Shown here: one piece after another, positions 47,345-58,294 of the stretch
How the letters are laid out: the number at the start of each line of letters is the position of its first letter
How positions within the stretch are numbered: position 1 is the stretch's first letter
NCBI GenBank assembly: GCA_048939765.1
Contig: JBHLPF010000015.1
Span: 1 to 64,000 of the forward strand
DNA from: Promethearchaeota archaeon
Lineage (GTDB): Archaea; Asgardarchaeota; Thorarchaeia; Thorarchaeales; Thorarchaeaceae
Reading direction: 5' to 3'
Length of the DNA stretch: 64,000 nt
Translations under genes and position numbers: made by a program
Notes under the pieces: model-generated
Told to the model about the DNA's origin: nothing
What the model saw: only the letters and a program-made list of their open reading frames with translations
Database searches by the model: none

Positions 47345-49206
47345 TGGCCAAAGTTGTTGGAATTGATCTTGGGACCACGAATAGCGGTATTGCATATATG
47401 GAAGGCGGAAAGCCGACCATTATTCCAAATGCAGAGGGAGGTCGATTGACTCCTTCAGTTGTGGGAATCACCCCGAAAGGTGAGATTGTAGTGGGCGAGC
47501 TTGCGAAGCGCCAGGCGGTTTCAATGCCAGAACGTACGGTGCGATCCATCAAGCGCAAAATGGGACAAGACTACAAGGTTAAGATTGGCGACAAGGAGTA
47601 TTCCCCCCAAGAAATCTCAGCTATGATTCTCACAAAGATGAAGAAGGATGCTGAAGCGTTCCTTGGCGAGTCTGTTCAGCAAGCAGTGATTACAGTCCCA
47701 GCCTATTTCAATGACAGTCAGAGACAAGCCACAAAGGACGCTGGTAGAATAGCAGGACTTGATGTACTTCGCATTGTCAATGAACCAACTGCATCCGCAT
47801 TGGCCTATAATCTTGATAAAGGTGAAGAAATCAACGTTCTTGTGTATGACTTAGGGGGTGGCACTTTTGATGTGTCCATTCTTGACATCGGAGAAGATGT
47901 TTACAAGGTGCTTTCAACCAGCGGAAACACCCACCTGGGCGGGGATGACTGGGACCAGCGCATCATTGACTGGGTCGTTGAAGACTTCAACAAGAAAACT
48001 GGTATGGATATTACAAAGGACCTCTCTGCTATGCAGAGGATAAGAGACGCTGCTGAGCAAGCGAAGATTGAGCTGTCAACTGTCACAAAGACAACGATTA
48101 ACTTGCCCTATATAACAGCAGATCAAAGTGGCCCAAAGCATATTGACGTAGAAATAAATCGGTCGCAACTTGAGAAGATGACTGATGATCTAGTGCAGGC
48201 TACCATTGGTCCTATTCGTCAAGCCCTATCAGATGCAAAGATGGAAGCTGAGCAGGTTAACAAGATTCTGCTTGTTGGCGGGGCGACTCGAATGCCGATG
48301 ATTCAGGAAGCTGTTCGCGCAATCTTTGGGAAGGCAGGCGATAAAAGCATTAATCCTGATGAAGTCGTAGCATTGGGAGCTGGAGCACAGGCAGGTGTAA
48401 TTACTGGCGAAACTGACATCCTTCTTCTTGATGTGACACCCCTTACACTGAGTATTGAAACTCTCGGAGGTGTAGCTACTCCTCTTATCGAAAGAAACAC
48501 AACCATACCCACGCGTAAGAGCAAGAAGTTCTCCACAGCAGCCGACAATCAGCCTGCCGTTGATATCCATGTCACACAAGGTGAGAGACCCATGTCGAAG
48601 GACAATATGACACTGGGTCGGTTTCAGCTCGTTGGGATTCCTCCCGCACCACGTGGCATTCCGCAGATAGAGGTGACGTTTGACATCAATGCTGACGGCA
48701 TTGTGCAAGTCACCGCAAAGGACTTGGCGACCGGCAACGAGCAGTCTATTGAAATCACAGCGACAACAAATCTATCTGATGGCGACGTAGAACGCATGGT
48801 AAAAGAGGCTGAAGAATATGCTGAGGATGATGCAAAGCGGAAGGCGCAGGCAGACACCTTGAATGCAGCCGACCAGATTATATGGCAGGGAGAGAAGCTA
48901 GTCAAGGACCTCGGTGACAAAGTCCCTGATGATTTAAAGAAGGAACTCGAATCGAAATCGGCCGAGCTTAGAAAAGCTATTGAATCTGAGGACTATGAAA
49001 AGATGAAGTCTGGGACTGAGGAAGTGCAGCAGGTACTATACAAGATTTCAGAGAAAGCCTATGGGCAACAGGGACCTGGTGGAGCGGGATTCGATCCAAG
49101 CCAGATGGGAGCGGCCTTCGGTCAGCAGGCGGCTGGCGGAACTACTGAAAAGACTGAAGAGGACTCTGAAGATGTCGTCGATGTAGACTTCGAGGACCTC
49201 GATTAA
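47341..49206 (+). CDS. dnaK: Chaperone DnaK (Hsp70)
   Basis: [32 protein letters not shown]; lacks the N-domain insert found in Gram-negative DnaK. Confidence 0.99.
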   Translation: MMAKVVGIDLGTTNSGIAYMEGGKPTIIPNAEGGRLTPSVVGITPKGEIVVGELAKRQAVSMPERTVRSIKRKMGQDYKVKIGDKEYSPQEISAMILTKMKKDAEAFLGESVQQAVITVPAYFNDSQRQATKDAGRIAGLDVLRIVNEPTASALAYNLDKGEEINVLVYDLGGGTFDVSILDIGEDVYKVLSTSGNTHLGGDDWDQRIIDWVVEDFNKKTGMDITKDLSAMQRIRDAAEQAKIELSTVTKTTINLPYITADQSGPKHIDVEINRSQLEKMTDDLVQATIGPIRQALSDAKMEAEQVNKILLVGGATRMPMIQEAVRAIFGKAGDKSINPDEVVALGAGAQAGVITGETDILLLDVTPLTLSIETLGGVATPLIERNTTIPTRKSKKFSTAADNQPAVDIHVTQGERPMSKDNMTLGRFQLVGIPPAPRGIPQIEVTFDINADGIVQVTAKDLATGNEQSIEITATTNLSDGDVERMVKEAEEYAEDDAKRKAQADTLNAADQIIWQGEKLVKDLGDKVPDDLKKELESKSAELRKAIESEDYEKMKSGTEEVQQVLYKISEKAYGQQGPGGAGFDPSQMGAAFGQQAAGGTTEKTEEDSEDVVDVDFEDLD

Positions 49207-49227
49207 CCTCAATAATGGTGGTACTAT

Positions 49228-50268
49228 TTGGCTTCGGATGACCTATACGAACGTCTTGGTGTGAGCAGGAGCGCGACACAGGACGAAATCAAGAAAGCAT
49301 ATCGCAGTCTTGCCAAGAAGTATCACCCGGATCGAAATCCTGGCAATGCCAAAGCTGAGGATATCTTCAAAGGCATTAATGAGGCATACGAGGTCCTAAG
49401 CGACCCTGAGAAGCGAGCGAATTATGACAGATATGGCACTGCTGACTTTCAAGGTATTGACATGGGTGGCTTTGGTGATATCTTTGGTGACATATTCAGA
49501 GGATTTGGCTTCGGCGACTTTGGTATGGGTAGACGAGGGCGAGCAGGCCCTCCTCCTGGTCAGACACTCAGACTCACAATCCCTCTCACTTTCGAAGAGG
49601 CTTTCTTTGGGGTTGAGAAAGAGATAGCATTCAATAGACAGATCCACTGTGAAACCTGTAAAGGTAGCGGTGCCAGTCCTGGTTCCTCACCCAGGACATG
49701 TTCTTCTTGCAGAGGACGAGGGCAGGTGATGCGTTCCATGGGTGGGTTCATGACGGTTTCCCAGACCTGCCCCACCTGTGGTGGCCAAGGTGAAGTGATA
49801 GACTCACCATGCTCTGAATGTCGCGGTTCTGGGCTTCAGAAGGACAGACGTGAGATCAAGATTCCCATTCCTCCCGGAGTAGAGGACGGGCAAGGTATTA
49901 GAATTCAGGGAGGAGGTAGTGCCGGACAAAGAGGCGGGCCCTATGGCGACCTAATTCTAATGTTCACAGTTGAGCCTCACGAGATTTTTGTTAGGCGGGG
50001 TCTCCATGTCTACATGGAAACTGAGGTTCCATTCTCGCTTGCTGTTATGGGCGGAGAAATGGATGTACCGACCATGCGCGGCTTGAGTAAGATGAAGATA
50101 AACAAAGGGACAAGGGGTGGCACTGTCCTTAGGATGAAGGGTAAGGGTGTTCAAACTGAGGACGGTCGCTTAGGTGACCAACTGGTGAGGATTTCGATAA
50201 AAATACCAAAGAAGCTATCGAAAGAACAGAAAGAGTACCTGAAGAAGTTTGAGGACATATTTGACTAG
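49228..50268 (+). CDS. dnaJ: Chaperone DnaJ
   Basis: J-domain HPD, G/F-rich region, four CxxCxGxG repeats. Confidence 0.98.
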   Translation: MASDDLYERLGVSRSATQDEIKKAYRSLAKKYHPDRNPGNAKAEDIFKGINEAYEVLSDPEKRANYDRYGTADFQGIDMGGFGDIFGDIFRGFGFGDFGMGRRGRAGPPPGQTLRLTIPLTFEEAFFGVEKEIAFNRQIHCETCKGSGASPGSSPRTCSSCRGRGQVMRSMGGFMTVSQTCPTCGGQGEVIDSPCSECRGSGLQKDRREIKIPIPPGVEDGQGIRIQGGGSAGQRGGPYGDLILMFTVEPHEIFVRRGLHVYMETEVPFSLAVMGGEMDVPTMRGLSKMKINKGTRGGTVLRMKGKGVQTEDGRLGDQLVRISIKIPKKLSKEQKEYLKKFEDIFD

Positions 50269-50834
50269 AACGTCAAAGGCTTGCATATGCATGCCTTCAT
50301 CTTCAATTCTGGGAATCTATTTGTATTTGCAGGATTGACAAGCCATGCAGTGTCCGCTCCAAAACTAGTACCAGCAATACAGACTACATCCTCATCAACT
50401 CTAACAAGACCTGCATCTGCTGCCATCATCGCTATCTCTGCGCAGACCTTCGTACCTTCACAGAAGGTTCTGTACGCCAACGCTATCATCTCGGTCGGTG
50501 TCCACGTTCCAACATGCTTTCTGATTCCTCTAGCAACTCCTGCAAACGCATGAGTTGCGGTGAGAAGTTGGGCCCCGCTTTTCTCAATTTCCATTCTTTC
50601 AGCATCGCCAATCTCATTCTCATTGAGAGCTGAGAACCCAGTATGATGAGAAACAACGATGACTTCACGCTCAGAGAATCTTTTTGCTGCGGCCGCCCCA
50701 GTGGCACCAGTTGTTGTTGCTACAACTATTCTCCTAATCTCCTCGTGTTCCCTAAGAAATGCTTCAACAGCTTCGAATACCATTTCTGTGTGTTCTGATG
50801 AAGCCTCATCAAAGTAAATAGTCTTGATGGTCAT
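50265..50834 (-). CDS. Pyruvate kinase C-terminal-like domain protein (MTH1675-like)
   Basis: [32 protein letters not shown]. Confidence 0.85.
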   Translation of the reverse strand: MTIKTIYFDEASSEHTEMVFEAVEAFLREHEEIRRIVVATTTGATGAAAAKRFSEREVIVVSHHTGFSALNENEIGDAERMEIEKSGAQLLTATHAFAGVARGIRKHVGTWTPTEMIALAYRTFCEGTKVCAEIAMMAADAGLVRVDEDVVCIAGTSFGADTAWLVNPANTNRFPELKMKACICKPLTF

Positions 50835-50871
50835 ATTTCGGTCTATGGCTTTACGGACTCTTTAGGATTGC

Positions 50872-51096
50872 CTATTCAGTTTCAATGATTCCAAAATGAA
50901 ATGATTCTCCGGCTTGCCATGCTCTGACATCCCATTCAAGAAGTCCATCGATACGCTCTTCAAGCTCACGTAGGATCCCATATCCATGGATGCCTTCTTG
51001 ATGGCGCTTGACGATGGCTAGGACCGCGTATTGGAGAAGACCTCTTCTGATCTACACCTTCAAAGTATCCTCAAAACTGAGGTTCCTCTTCGACAA
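50872..51096 (-). pseudogene. PadR-family regulator pseudogene
   Basis: Manual translation LSKRNLSFEDTLKV*IRRGLLQYAVLAIVKRHQEGIHGYGILRELEERIDG...; in-frame TAG at 51052-51054; recognition helix and wing absent. Confidence 0.7.
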
Positions 51097-51157
51097 ACGC
51101 AAGCCCCACTGGCAGTGTCAAGCAACTTCTGCCTTAACGTCCTTAGGTATGTCTGTT

Positions 51158-52537
51158 TCAATCAATGTCTCTATCGAATCTTCGGCGCAGAATCCATGAC
51201 CTTATTTCCATCCTCATATTGGAAGAATACTCTCTGGGCTCACGCAAAAAGACATAGAGAGAAGATGAAAAGAGCCGCATCACTCCACTTAACAGAAGCA
51301 TGGTGAAAACAGCAAAATATCGGCTTGTTCCTATTGATATCCAATCACCCACAATTCCGCTGAAAAGGGAACCACAGAAATACACTATTCCAGCTAGTGT
51401 GTTGAAAACTGCTAGATGGGAACTTCTCTCTTCCTCAGGAGCCACATCATAGATGTATGCAGTGATTGAGTTGAAACTAGACGCAACCGAAAAACCAGCC
51501 AACGCGTTTGCAATATAAATGATGTACACATTCGATGCAAAAGCATAGAGAATCGGGACCAAGAAGAGCAGACTCCTTCCTATCACAATGAGAGGCTTTC
51601 TTCCTATTCTGTCACTCAGCTGCCCCATAGGCATTGTGAAAATAACCGTTGTAGCAGTCATAACCACTGAGGCTATCGCCACCTCTAGATTCGTATTTCC
51701 AAGCCATTCTCTTTGTACAACCATGAAGTAAGGCCATGCTATTGACATGGAGAACGAGAATAGGATTGAGATTACCCAGAGTCTTCTGAAGTCTCCTGGT
51801 TGAGTCGCAATATTCAGTAGATTCGGAAATCTAGCTTCTCCTTCTTTCTCACGCTCTCCTTCTTGAATCGTTAATGCGGCAATTGATGCCAGAATACCAA
51901 CTATTGCGGTAAGATAGAAGGGTATATAGTATGCTTCTCTCCAAGATTCAACAGCAGGGAATAGGATTAGGCCAAGATCTCCAAAGAATCCCCGGATTAA
52001 TGATATGAGAAAGGGAAATCCGGCGATGAATCCTGAAAGAAGCGTTGCACAGAGCGCCGCAACATTTACTGCCACGCCAAGTCTACCTAATTCAGTGCCT
52101 CGATTCTCCTCCTCCATAAGTCCCCCGAGAAGAGATTGCCACGTGGGGATTTGCATGCTGAAAAGAATTGATTGAATTGCATAGAGCACAATCATCTCAC
52201 TGGGTGAGCCAGCCCACAGAAACATCAGCACCATTATCATGCCTGTGAATGTGCCAAATACCACAAACGCCTTTGCTCTTCGAATTCTATCGCATAGTGC
52301 TCCCCAAGCTGGTTGAAGTGCATTTGGCGCAGCACTCCCAACGCTCCGGAAGAGTCCAAGCTGTCCTAGAGTTGCACCCATATCAATTACGTACACTTGC
52401 AGAAATGGCTGATACAATCCAACTGCAAACTGTGTCATTGCTCCAACAGCATAGACCTTTGGTGGAAGCTTCTTCTTTGATAAGCTCGCATCCACCACAT
52501 CCTCCATTGTTTCACACCTTGGAGGGTCTGAAGCCAC
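51158..52537 (-). CDS. MFS transporter
   Basis: WGALCDRIRR, GQLSDRIGRKP, about 12 TM. Confidence 0.9.
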   Translation of the reverse strand: MASDPPRCETMEDVVDASLSKKKLPPKVYAVGAMTQFAVGLYQPFLQVYVIDMGATLGQLGLFRSVGSAAPNALQPAWGALCDRIRRAKAFVVFGTFTGMIMVLMFLWAGSPSEMIVLYAIQSILFSMQIPTWQSLLGGLMEEENRGTELGRLGVAVNVAALCATLLSGFIAGFPFLISLIRGFFGDLGLILFPAVESWREAYYIPFYLTAIVGILASIAALTIQEGEREKEGEARFPNLLNIATQPGDFRRLWVISILFSFSMSIAWPYFMVVQREWLGNTNLEVAIASVVMTATTVIFTMPMGQLSDRIGRKPLIVIGRSLLFLVPILYAFASNVYIIYIANALAGFSVASSFNSITAYIYDVAPEEERSSHLAVFNTLAGIVYFCGSLFSGIVGDWISIGTSRYFAVFTMLLLSGVMRLFSSSLYVFLREPREYSSNMRMEIRSWILRRRFDRDID

Positions 52538-52629
52538 GCGACCTGCATTTAACTCTAGTTCTCATGACCAAGACCGTCATCGTTAATACCAGTCGTGGAT
52601 GTTCACTTCTCAGTTGTGGGCGTCAAAAA

Positions 52630-53739
52630 ATGCTCGATAGCAAAGTGTACATAGAACGTATGAAGCGAGTCACTGCATTCCTTGAAGAACAGAACATGGA
52701 CTTCGGAATTATGGCTCCCTCTGCTGCTTTCCTTTATCTTACAGGGATTCGTCGGGAATTGTCTGAGCGGCTTATTGCGCTTGTTGTGGCTCCCGATAGA
52801 GATCCCCAGATTATAGCACCCGCATTTGAGGTTTCTACACTTGCTGAACAGACATGGATCAAGGAAATTCTGCCCTGGGCTGAGGATGAAGACCCATACA
52901 GAGTTGTCGCAAATACAATTGGTCCCATTGAGGGCAAGAAATCAGTCGCTTTCGAGGAAACCCTACCACTTGGCATCTATTGGTCTCTTGAGAATGCCGT
53001 TGGCGGAATAAAAGGACAAACATCCTTGACACCACTTATTGATGAGATGCGGCTCTCTAAGAAAGAAAATGAGCTTGTACCAATGAGGAAAGCTGGAAGG
53101 ATCATCAGTGATGCCGTGCTAAAAGCGTTCAACAAAGCAGAGTTGGGAATGACAGAACTAGAGGTGCAGCAAATGGTACGAGCTGAAATAACCAAGCTAG
53201 GAGCCATTTCTACCTTTTCTGCAATTCAATTTGGCGAGAATAGCGCATTGCCTCACGCATCAGCCGGGTCTCGCGAGCTCAAGAAAGGCGATATGGTCCT
53301 GATGGACTGCGGATGCATCGTGGAGGGCTATAATACAGATATGACTCGAGTTGGAGTTGTGGGCTCTCCATCTGCTGAGCAGGGAAAGATTTACTCCATT
53401 GTTCTGAAGGCTCAGCAGGAGGCTATTGAGAGAATAAGCGAAGGGCTGGCTTGCGGTGCTGCTGACGGAATTGCTAGAAGAGTAATTGAAGAAGCTGGTT
53501 ATGGGGAATACTTCACCCACAGACTCGGGCATGGCATTGGACTAGAAGTCCATGAGCCGCCCTATCTTGTGAGAGGAAACTCGACCGAACTCAAGCGTGG
53601 AATGACACACAGTGTTGAGCCAGGAATCTACCTCGAGGGGAAATTTGGAGTGAGAATCGAAGACTTGGTCTGTGTGACAGAAAAAGATCCAGAGCTTCTG
53701 ACCTATATGCCTAGAGATTTAGCAACTATTGAAGGCTAA
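52630..53739 (+). CDS. Xaa-Pro aminopeptidase/prolidase (M24B)
   Basis: PHA, D.G....GYNTDMTR, HRLGHGIGLEVHE, EPGIY, GVRIED; start set to ATG 52630. Confidence 0.94.
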   Translation: MLDSKVYIERMKRVTAFLEEQNMDFGIMAPSAAFLYLTGIRRELSERLIALVVAPDRDPQIIAPAFEVSTLAEQTWIKEILPWAEDEDPYRVVANTIGPIEGKKSVAFEETLPLGIYWSLENAVGGIKGQTSLTPLIDEMRLSKKENELVPMRKAGRIISDAVLKAFNKAELGMTELEVQQMVRAEITKLGAISTFSAIQFGENSALPHASAGSRELKKGDMVLMDCGCIVEGYNTDMTRVGVVGSPSAEQGKIYSIVLKAQQEAIERISEGLACGAADGIARRVIEEAGYGEYFTHRLGHGIGLEVHEPPYLVRGNSTELKRGMTHSVEPGIYLEGKFGVRIEDLVCVTEKDPELLTYMPRDLATIEG

Positions 53740-54392
53740 TCGGAGTCTTTATCGTCTGCAGGCGATTCTCTAGTTCTTGAGAGGAGTTCTTCCATCTGCT
53801 TTCTGTCATCTTCAGACATTCTTTCCATGGCTTCGGCGGATTGTCTAATCATGGGCTCCATGACAAGCGAGTATGCAGCAGGAAGTGTCGTTATTGTTTC
53901 CACTCTTTCCTCGTAGTCCTGTTCTGCAAGCTCCTTGGCCTCTTTGAGTGCGTCCTTTGTTACATCACCTTGGCCGATTCCGGGGCAGTTTTTGCTGCTG
54001 AGGTAGTACTTGGTTCCATTATACTCCAGAGGAAATGTTCTGCAGGAAATGGGACGAGAGTATCTAATGATGCAGCCATTTGCTTCATCATCGAAGAAGA
54101 TACATGCGGTTCCTTCTGATTCGTCCTTCAACGATTTTCTCTTGGTTTCAATTGTCATCGGATCGGTTTCTTTCTCTGGAGGGATTATTGATAGTCCGCC
54201 GATGATATTGGCAATATAGCCCTGTATTGTCCATCTACTAAGATCTCCAAATGTCACGTTGACATGTGGTCGAATATGGCAATCACGTGTTGTGCATTTC
54301 TGCTCCATGCACTTGAAACGGTATTTTGGGGTAGCCTTTTCTCCTGCCGTTTCCTCAACCTTCTCCTCAGTCGGTTCCTTCTCATCAGGCAC
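53736..54392 (-). CDS. YkgJ-family cysteine-cluster protein
   Basis: FKC...C...DC, CIFF....GC.I...RP..CRTFP, CPGIG. Confidence 0.85.
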   Translation of the reverse strand: MPDEKEPTEEKVEETAGEKATPKYRFKCMEQKCTTRDCHIRPHVNVTFGDLSRWTIQGYIANIIGGLSIIPPEKETDPMTIETKRKSLKDESEGTACIFFDDEANGCIIRYSRPISCRTFPLEYNGTKYYLSSKNCPGIGQGDVTKDALKEAKELAEQDYEERVETITTLPAAYSLVMEPMIRQSAEAMERMSEDDRKQMEELLSRTRESPADDKDSD

Positions 54393-54566
54393 AGCTCTTC
54401 ACCTTTCGTCTGAACGGCTGCTGCTGGAATCGTCAATCTCTTAATGTTTTCGAATAAGACTACATGTAGTTTTGTGACATGCCGAAAGGTATTTTTCCCT
54501 ACATGGAGGGCGCTAGTCAGCCACGAGGGAGAATGCTAACTCGGCGGGTGCTGTGGAGTCCACAAA

Positions 54567-57359
54567 ATGGTTGAAGGTCAATGGTACAATAACGACCTCG
54601 AGCACATAGTGAAAGCGCTCGAAACGACAACAGACGGGCTGACCGAGGAAGAGGCTGTTCAGCGCATCGAGGAATTCGGGTATAATGAGCTCATTGAAAC
54701 CGGTACTGTAAATCCCATTGTCATGTTTCTAAGGCAGTTCACCGATCCAATGGTATTGATACTCATCGTCGCTATTGCGATTTCTATCATAACTGGTTTA
54801 TTCTCCCACGAAGGCGAATCGGGCTTTATTGATGCAATTGTAATTGGAGCTATTGTAGTCTTCAATGCTGTGTTTGGGTTCGTACAAGAATATAGATCAG
54901 AAAAAGCGCTAGACGCCCTCAAGGAAATGGCCGCACCCCGGGCAAGAGTAAAACGCGATGGACTATGGAAGGAGATTGACTCACGATATGTCGTTCCAGG
55001 TGATTTGCTTGGCTTTGAAACTGGAGACAAGGTTGCTACTGATGCCAGAGTTTCCTATGCAGTGGGTCTCTCCGCTGATGAGGCTGTCCTCACGGGCGAG
55101 TCACTGGCTGTTAGAAAAGTGACTGATCCTCTAAGTCTGATTTCGCCAGCTGTTGGCGACTTGAAGAACATGGTCTTCCAAGGCACCACGATTGTATCGG
55201 GCAAGGGTCAGGCAATTGCTATTGCCACGGGGATGCAAACAAGATTCGGCAAAATCGCAGAGATGGTTCAAGAGAGTGAGAAGGGCATGACCCCACTCCA
55301 GCAAGACCTGGCGGATCTGGGAAAGAAACTGGGGCTACTGGTCATTGCACTCTGCATCATTGTATTCGCAGCTGAGTTGTTATCAAGTGTTGCCTCAAAT
55401 CCGATAGAGGCACTGTTGGCAGCAATTGCGCTTGCAGTTTCTGCTATACCTGAAGGGCTTCCCGCAGTGGTAACTATCACTCTGGCAATAGGCGTGCAAA
55501 TGATGGTTGACCGCAATGCTATAGTCAGACGACTGCCTTCTGTCGAAACGCTTGGATCAACAACTGTTATAGCTTCGGACAAGACTGGTACAATCACGAA
55601 GAATGAGATGACTGTTAAGAGACTCTTCACGAATGGCATAACAATCAATGTCACCGGAGTCGGTTACAATCGCGTTGGTGGCTTTTACAGAGCTAGCACT
55701 GTGTTCGACGCAAAGGCAGATCCACACACGTCGCGACTTCTTGAAATCGGTCAGTTGTGTACGAACTCTCTTCTACAACCTGGCCCATTAGGTTCTGATG
55801 ATTGGTCCATCGTGGGCGATCCTACAGAGGGGGCTCTTCTGGTGGTCGCTGAAAAAGCGGGAATCTCCTTTGAAGACACTCGCTCAAAGTATCAAGAGAT
55901 TTCAGAGATATCATTCGACTCCACGCGCAAACGGATGACTACTATATGCAGAGACCAGGAGGGGGCTATCTGGGCTTTCTCCAAGGGTGCACCAGAGATT
56001 CTTCTCCCACTCTGTGACAAGGGGTATGAGCATGATGCCTTTTGCGACTTGACTGAGAGAAACCGTGAGACCATCCTCGCCATAAGTGCGGGATTTGCAG
56101 CTAATGCTCTTAGGGTACTTGCATTCGCTTATCGTCGCCTCGATGAAGAGCTCGAAGAGTGGGATCCAGAGGAAGTCGAACGAAATCTGATCTTCGTAGG
56201 TCTTGTGGGAATGATAGATCCTGCTCGAGGCGAGGTGTCTGAAGCAATCCGGACCTGTCTGCATGCGGGCATACGACCAATCATGATTACCGGCGACCAT
56301 GAGCTGACCGCCAGAGCGATAGCCATTGAGGTGGGCTTGATCGAGCGAGATGCTACTGTCGTAACTGGCGCAATGATGGAGCAGATGTCTAATGAAGAAA
56401 TCAGGAATGTAGTTCGTGATATAGATGTCTATGCTAGGGTTTCGCCTGATCATAAGCTCAAGATTGTGAGTGCGCTTAAGTCTCATAATGAAGTAGTCGC
56501 AATGACAGGTGATGGTGTCAATGACGCTCCCGCAGTGAAGACAGCTGACGTTGGCGTGTCCATGGGAGTCCGCGGAGCGGATGTCACAAAGGAGGCATCC
56601 GATGTCATCCTCACAGATGATAACTTCGCGACCATTGTAAAAGCTGTAGAGAAAGGGCGAGAGATATACTCCAACATCCGCAAATTTGTCCGATTCCTCT
56701 TGGCGGCGAACTTTGATGAGATATTTCTCATATTTACCATCGTGCTAATAGGGTTGCCTTTGCCAATAACGCCTATCCAGATACTCTGGCTCAATCTCGC
56801 CACTGACGGTTTCCCGGCCTTAGCTCTAGGCGTTGACCCTCCTGAAGAGGGTGTTATGGATCGGCCACCGCGAAAGCCTGGAAAGAAAATGATGGACCGG
56901 GGGATGATCATGTTCGTGGTCATTGCAGGCTTTGTCGCTTTCCTCGCTTCAGCTTCCGTCTTTCTTTTGGCTCTAACAGTCGATGGTGGTTGGATCCCTG
57001 GTGTAACGGGACCCCTTGTCAACTGGGAAATCGCACCTTGGAACAATATTCTGACTCATGCTCGTACGACAGTATTTGTGAGTGTGGTGACATTTGAGCT
57101 ACTATTCGTGTGGAACTGCAGGGATGAATATCGTCCTGTTTGGAAGACTCACATTACCGGCTCGAAAGCGCTCTTGGGTGCAGTGGCACTCTCAGTCCTC
57201 CTGACTCTAGCCACTGTCTATGTCCCCTTCATGTGGCCGCTCTTCGGGACTATGCCTCTCAACGTAGTCGACTGGGGAATCATCCTTTTGACTTGTCTCC
57301 CAGCTTTGTTGATACCGCCCCATATTATCTTCGGACACAGGAGAGAGAATGCGGACTAG
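54567..57359 (+). CDS. P-type II cation (Ca2+-type) ATPase
   Basis: LTGES, AIPEGLP, DKTGT, KGAPE, TGD, GDGVND, LWLNL.TDG.PA. Confidence 0.96.
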   Translation: MVEGQWYNNDLEHIVKALETTTDGLTEEEAVQRIEEFGYNELIETGTVNPIVMFLRQFTDPMVLILIVAIAISIITGLFSHEGESGFIDAIVIGAIVVFNAVFGFVQEYRSEKALDALKEMAAPRARVKRDGLWKEIDSRYVVPGDLLGFETGDKVATDARVSYAVGLSADEAVLTGESLAVRKVTDPLSLISPAVGDLKNMVFQGTTIVSGKGQAIAIATGMQTRFGKIAEMVQESEKGMTPLQQDLADLGKKLGLLVIALCIIVFAAELLSSVASNPIEALLAAIALAVSAIPEGLPAVVTITLAIGVQMMVDRNAIVRRLPSVETLGSTTVIASDKTGTITKNEMTVKRLFTNGITINVTGVGYNRVGGFYRASTVFDAKADPHTSRLLEIGQLCTNSLLQPGPLGSDDWSIVGDPTEGALLVVAEKAGISFEDTRSKYQEISEISFDSTRKRMTTICRDQEGAIWAFSKGAPEILLPLCDKGYEHDAFCDLTERNRETILAISAGFAANALRVLAFAYRRLDEELEEWDPEEVERNLIFVGLVGMIDPARGEVSEAIRTCLHAGIRPIMITGDHELTARAIAIEVGLIERDATVVTGAMMEQMSNEEIRNVVRDIDVYARVSPDHKLKIVSALKSHNEVVAMTGDGVNDAPAVKTADVGVSMGVRGADVTKEASDVILTDDNFATIVKAVEKGREIYSNIRKFVRFLLAANFDEIFLIFTIVLIGLPLPITPIQILWLNLATDGFPALALGVDPPEEGVMDRPPRKPGKKMMDRGMIMFVVIAGFVAFLASASVFLLALTVDGGWIPGVTGPLVNWEIAPWNNILTHARTTVFVSVVTFELLFVWNCRDEYRPVWKTHITGSKALLGAVALSVLLTLATVYVPFMWPLFGTMPLNVVDWGIILLTCLPALLIPPHIIFGHRRENAD

Positions 57360-58198
57360 GAAGGCAGACGCTTTTGTAACCATCCATACATATCGGCCAG
57401 GACCATGTCCTTCTCAGGTTCCTCATGAAGCTCATGATAGAGCCCGTCATACATCCTGAGCGTCTTGTCCTTGGATGCAATCGATTCAAAGAACTCCTTG
57501 CTTCTCTCAGGAGAAATCAGCTTATCTTCTCCCGCTTGCTGATAGAAGACAGGAAGAGTGATCCTCTCTCCTTCCTTGAAGGTCTGTTCAGAAGCCTTCA
57601 GCGCCTCTATCCCCAACCTTGGTGTAACGCCATATACTCTTAGGGGATCTGTCTCATGCCGCCTGATGACCTCTGGACTGCGAGAGCCATCAGCCAAATC
57701 GACATCGCCCTCAAAATACCTTTTCACATTCAGAAGAGAGAGGATATTCGCAAAGAACCTCCTCACAGGGCTTATGTCCAGAGTCTGTGCCACTGCTGGA
57801 CACTGCAACAGGATTCCATCAACGGTCCTGGGGTATGCCATGACATATCGAAGAACCATGAGTCCGCCCAGCGATGCTCCGAACAGAAAGGTGATCCTGT
57901 TCAGAAACCTGTCCTTGACCTGCATCACAAGATTCTGAATGTCCTCTATGTATTCACTGAAACGCATCACATGCGCCTTTTGCCCTTCGAAATGGCCAAA
58001 GCCTCTCATATCAGGCGCAAAAACTGCGATCCCTTTCTCGGCCATGAACTCCCCAATTGTAGCCAAATCCACTCCATGGCTGCCCAGTCCATGAATCGCA
58101 ATCATCAATGCACGAGGCTTTTCGTTATCAGGTATCCAAGATGCCATAAACATCCGCATGCCGTCGAAGCCAACATACTTTGTTTCCTTGAATTTCAT
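57356..58198 (-). CDS. Alpha/beta hydrolase, lysophospholipase/monoacylglycerol lipase-like
   Basis: HGLG, DMRGFG, GASLGG nucleophile elbow, catalytic D and YHE. Confidence 0.9.
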   Translation of the reverse strand: MKFKETKYVGFDGMRMFMASWIPDNEKPRALMIAIHGLGSHGVDLATIGEFMAEKGIAVFAPDMRGFGHFEGQKAHVMRFSEYIEDIQNLVMQVKDRFLNRITFLFGASLGGLMVLRYVMAYPRTVDGILLQCPAVAQTLDISPVRRFFANILSLLNVKRYFEGDVDLADGSRSPEVIRRHETDPLRVYGVTPRLGIEALKASEQTFKEGERITLPVFYQQAGEDKLISPERSKEFFESIASKDKTLRMYDGLYHELHEEPEKDMVLADMYGWLQKRLPS

Positions 58199-58259
58199 AG
58201 AGATTCACAATTAATGACGAAGTCTTGGCACTATTAATGTTGCCACATAGATAGAGGCA

Positions 58260-58284
58260 GGAGTGACCTTGTGAAGGCCACTCC
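58260..58284 (-). terminator. Hairpin downstream of hbd
   Basis: Minus strand GGAGTGGCCTT-CAC-AAGGTCACTCC, an 11-bp stem with one G-U pair. Confidence 0.55.
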
Positions 58285-58294
58285 GAATCGGGGG

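Noticed and set aside
52249-52629. N-terminal extension of the 496-aa peptidase ORF
   Set aside because: It overlaps the opposite-strand MFS gene; M24 similarity starts at ATG 52630.
54513-54539. CIRCE-like or riboswitch-like element upstream of the P-type ATPase
   Set aside because: Only the right arm (GAATGCTAA) resembles CIRCE, and I saw no yybP-ykoY consensus.
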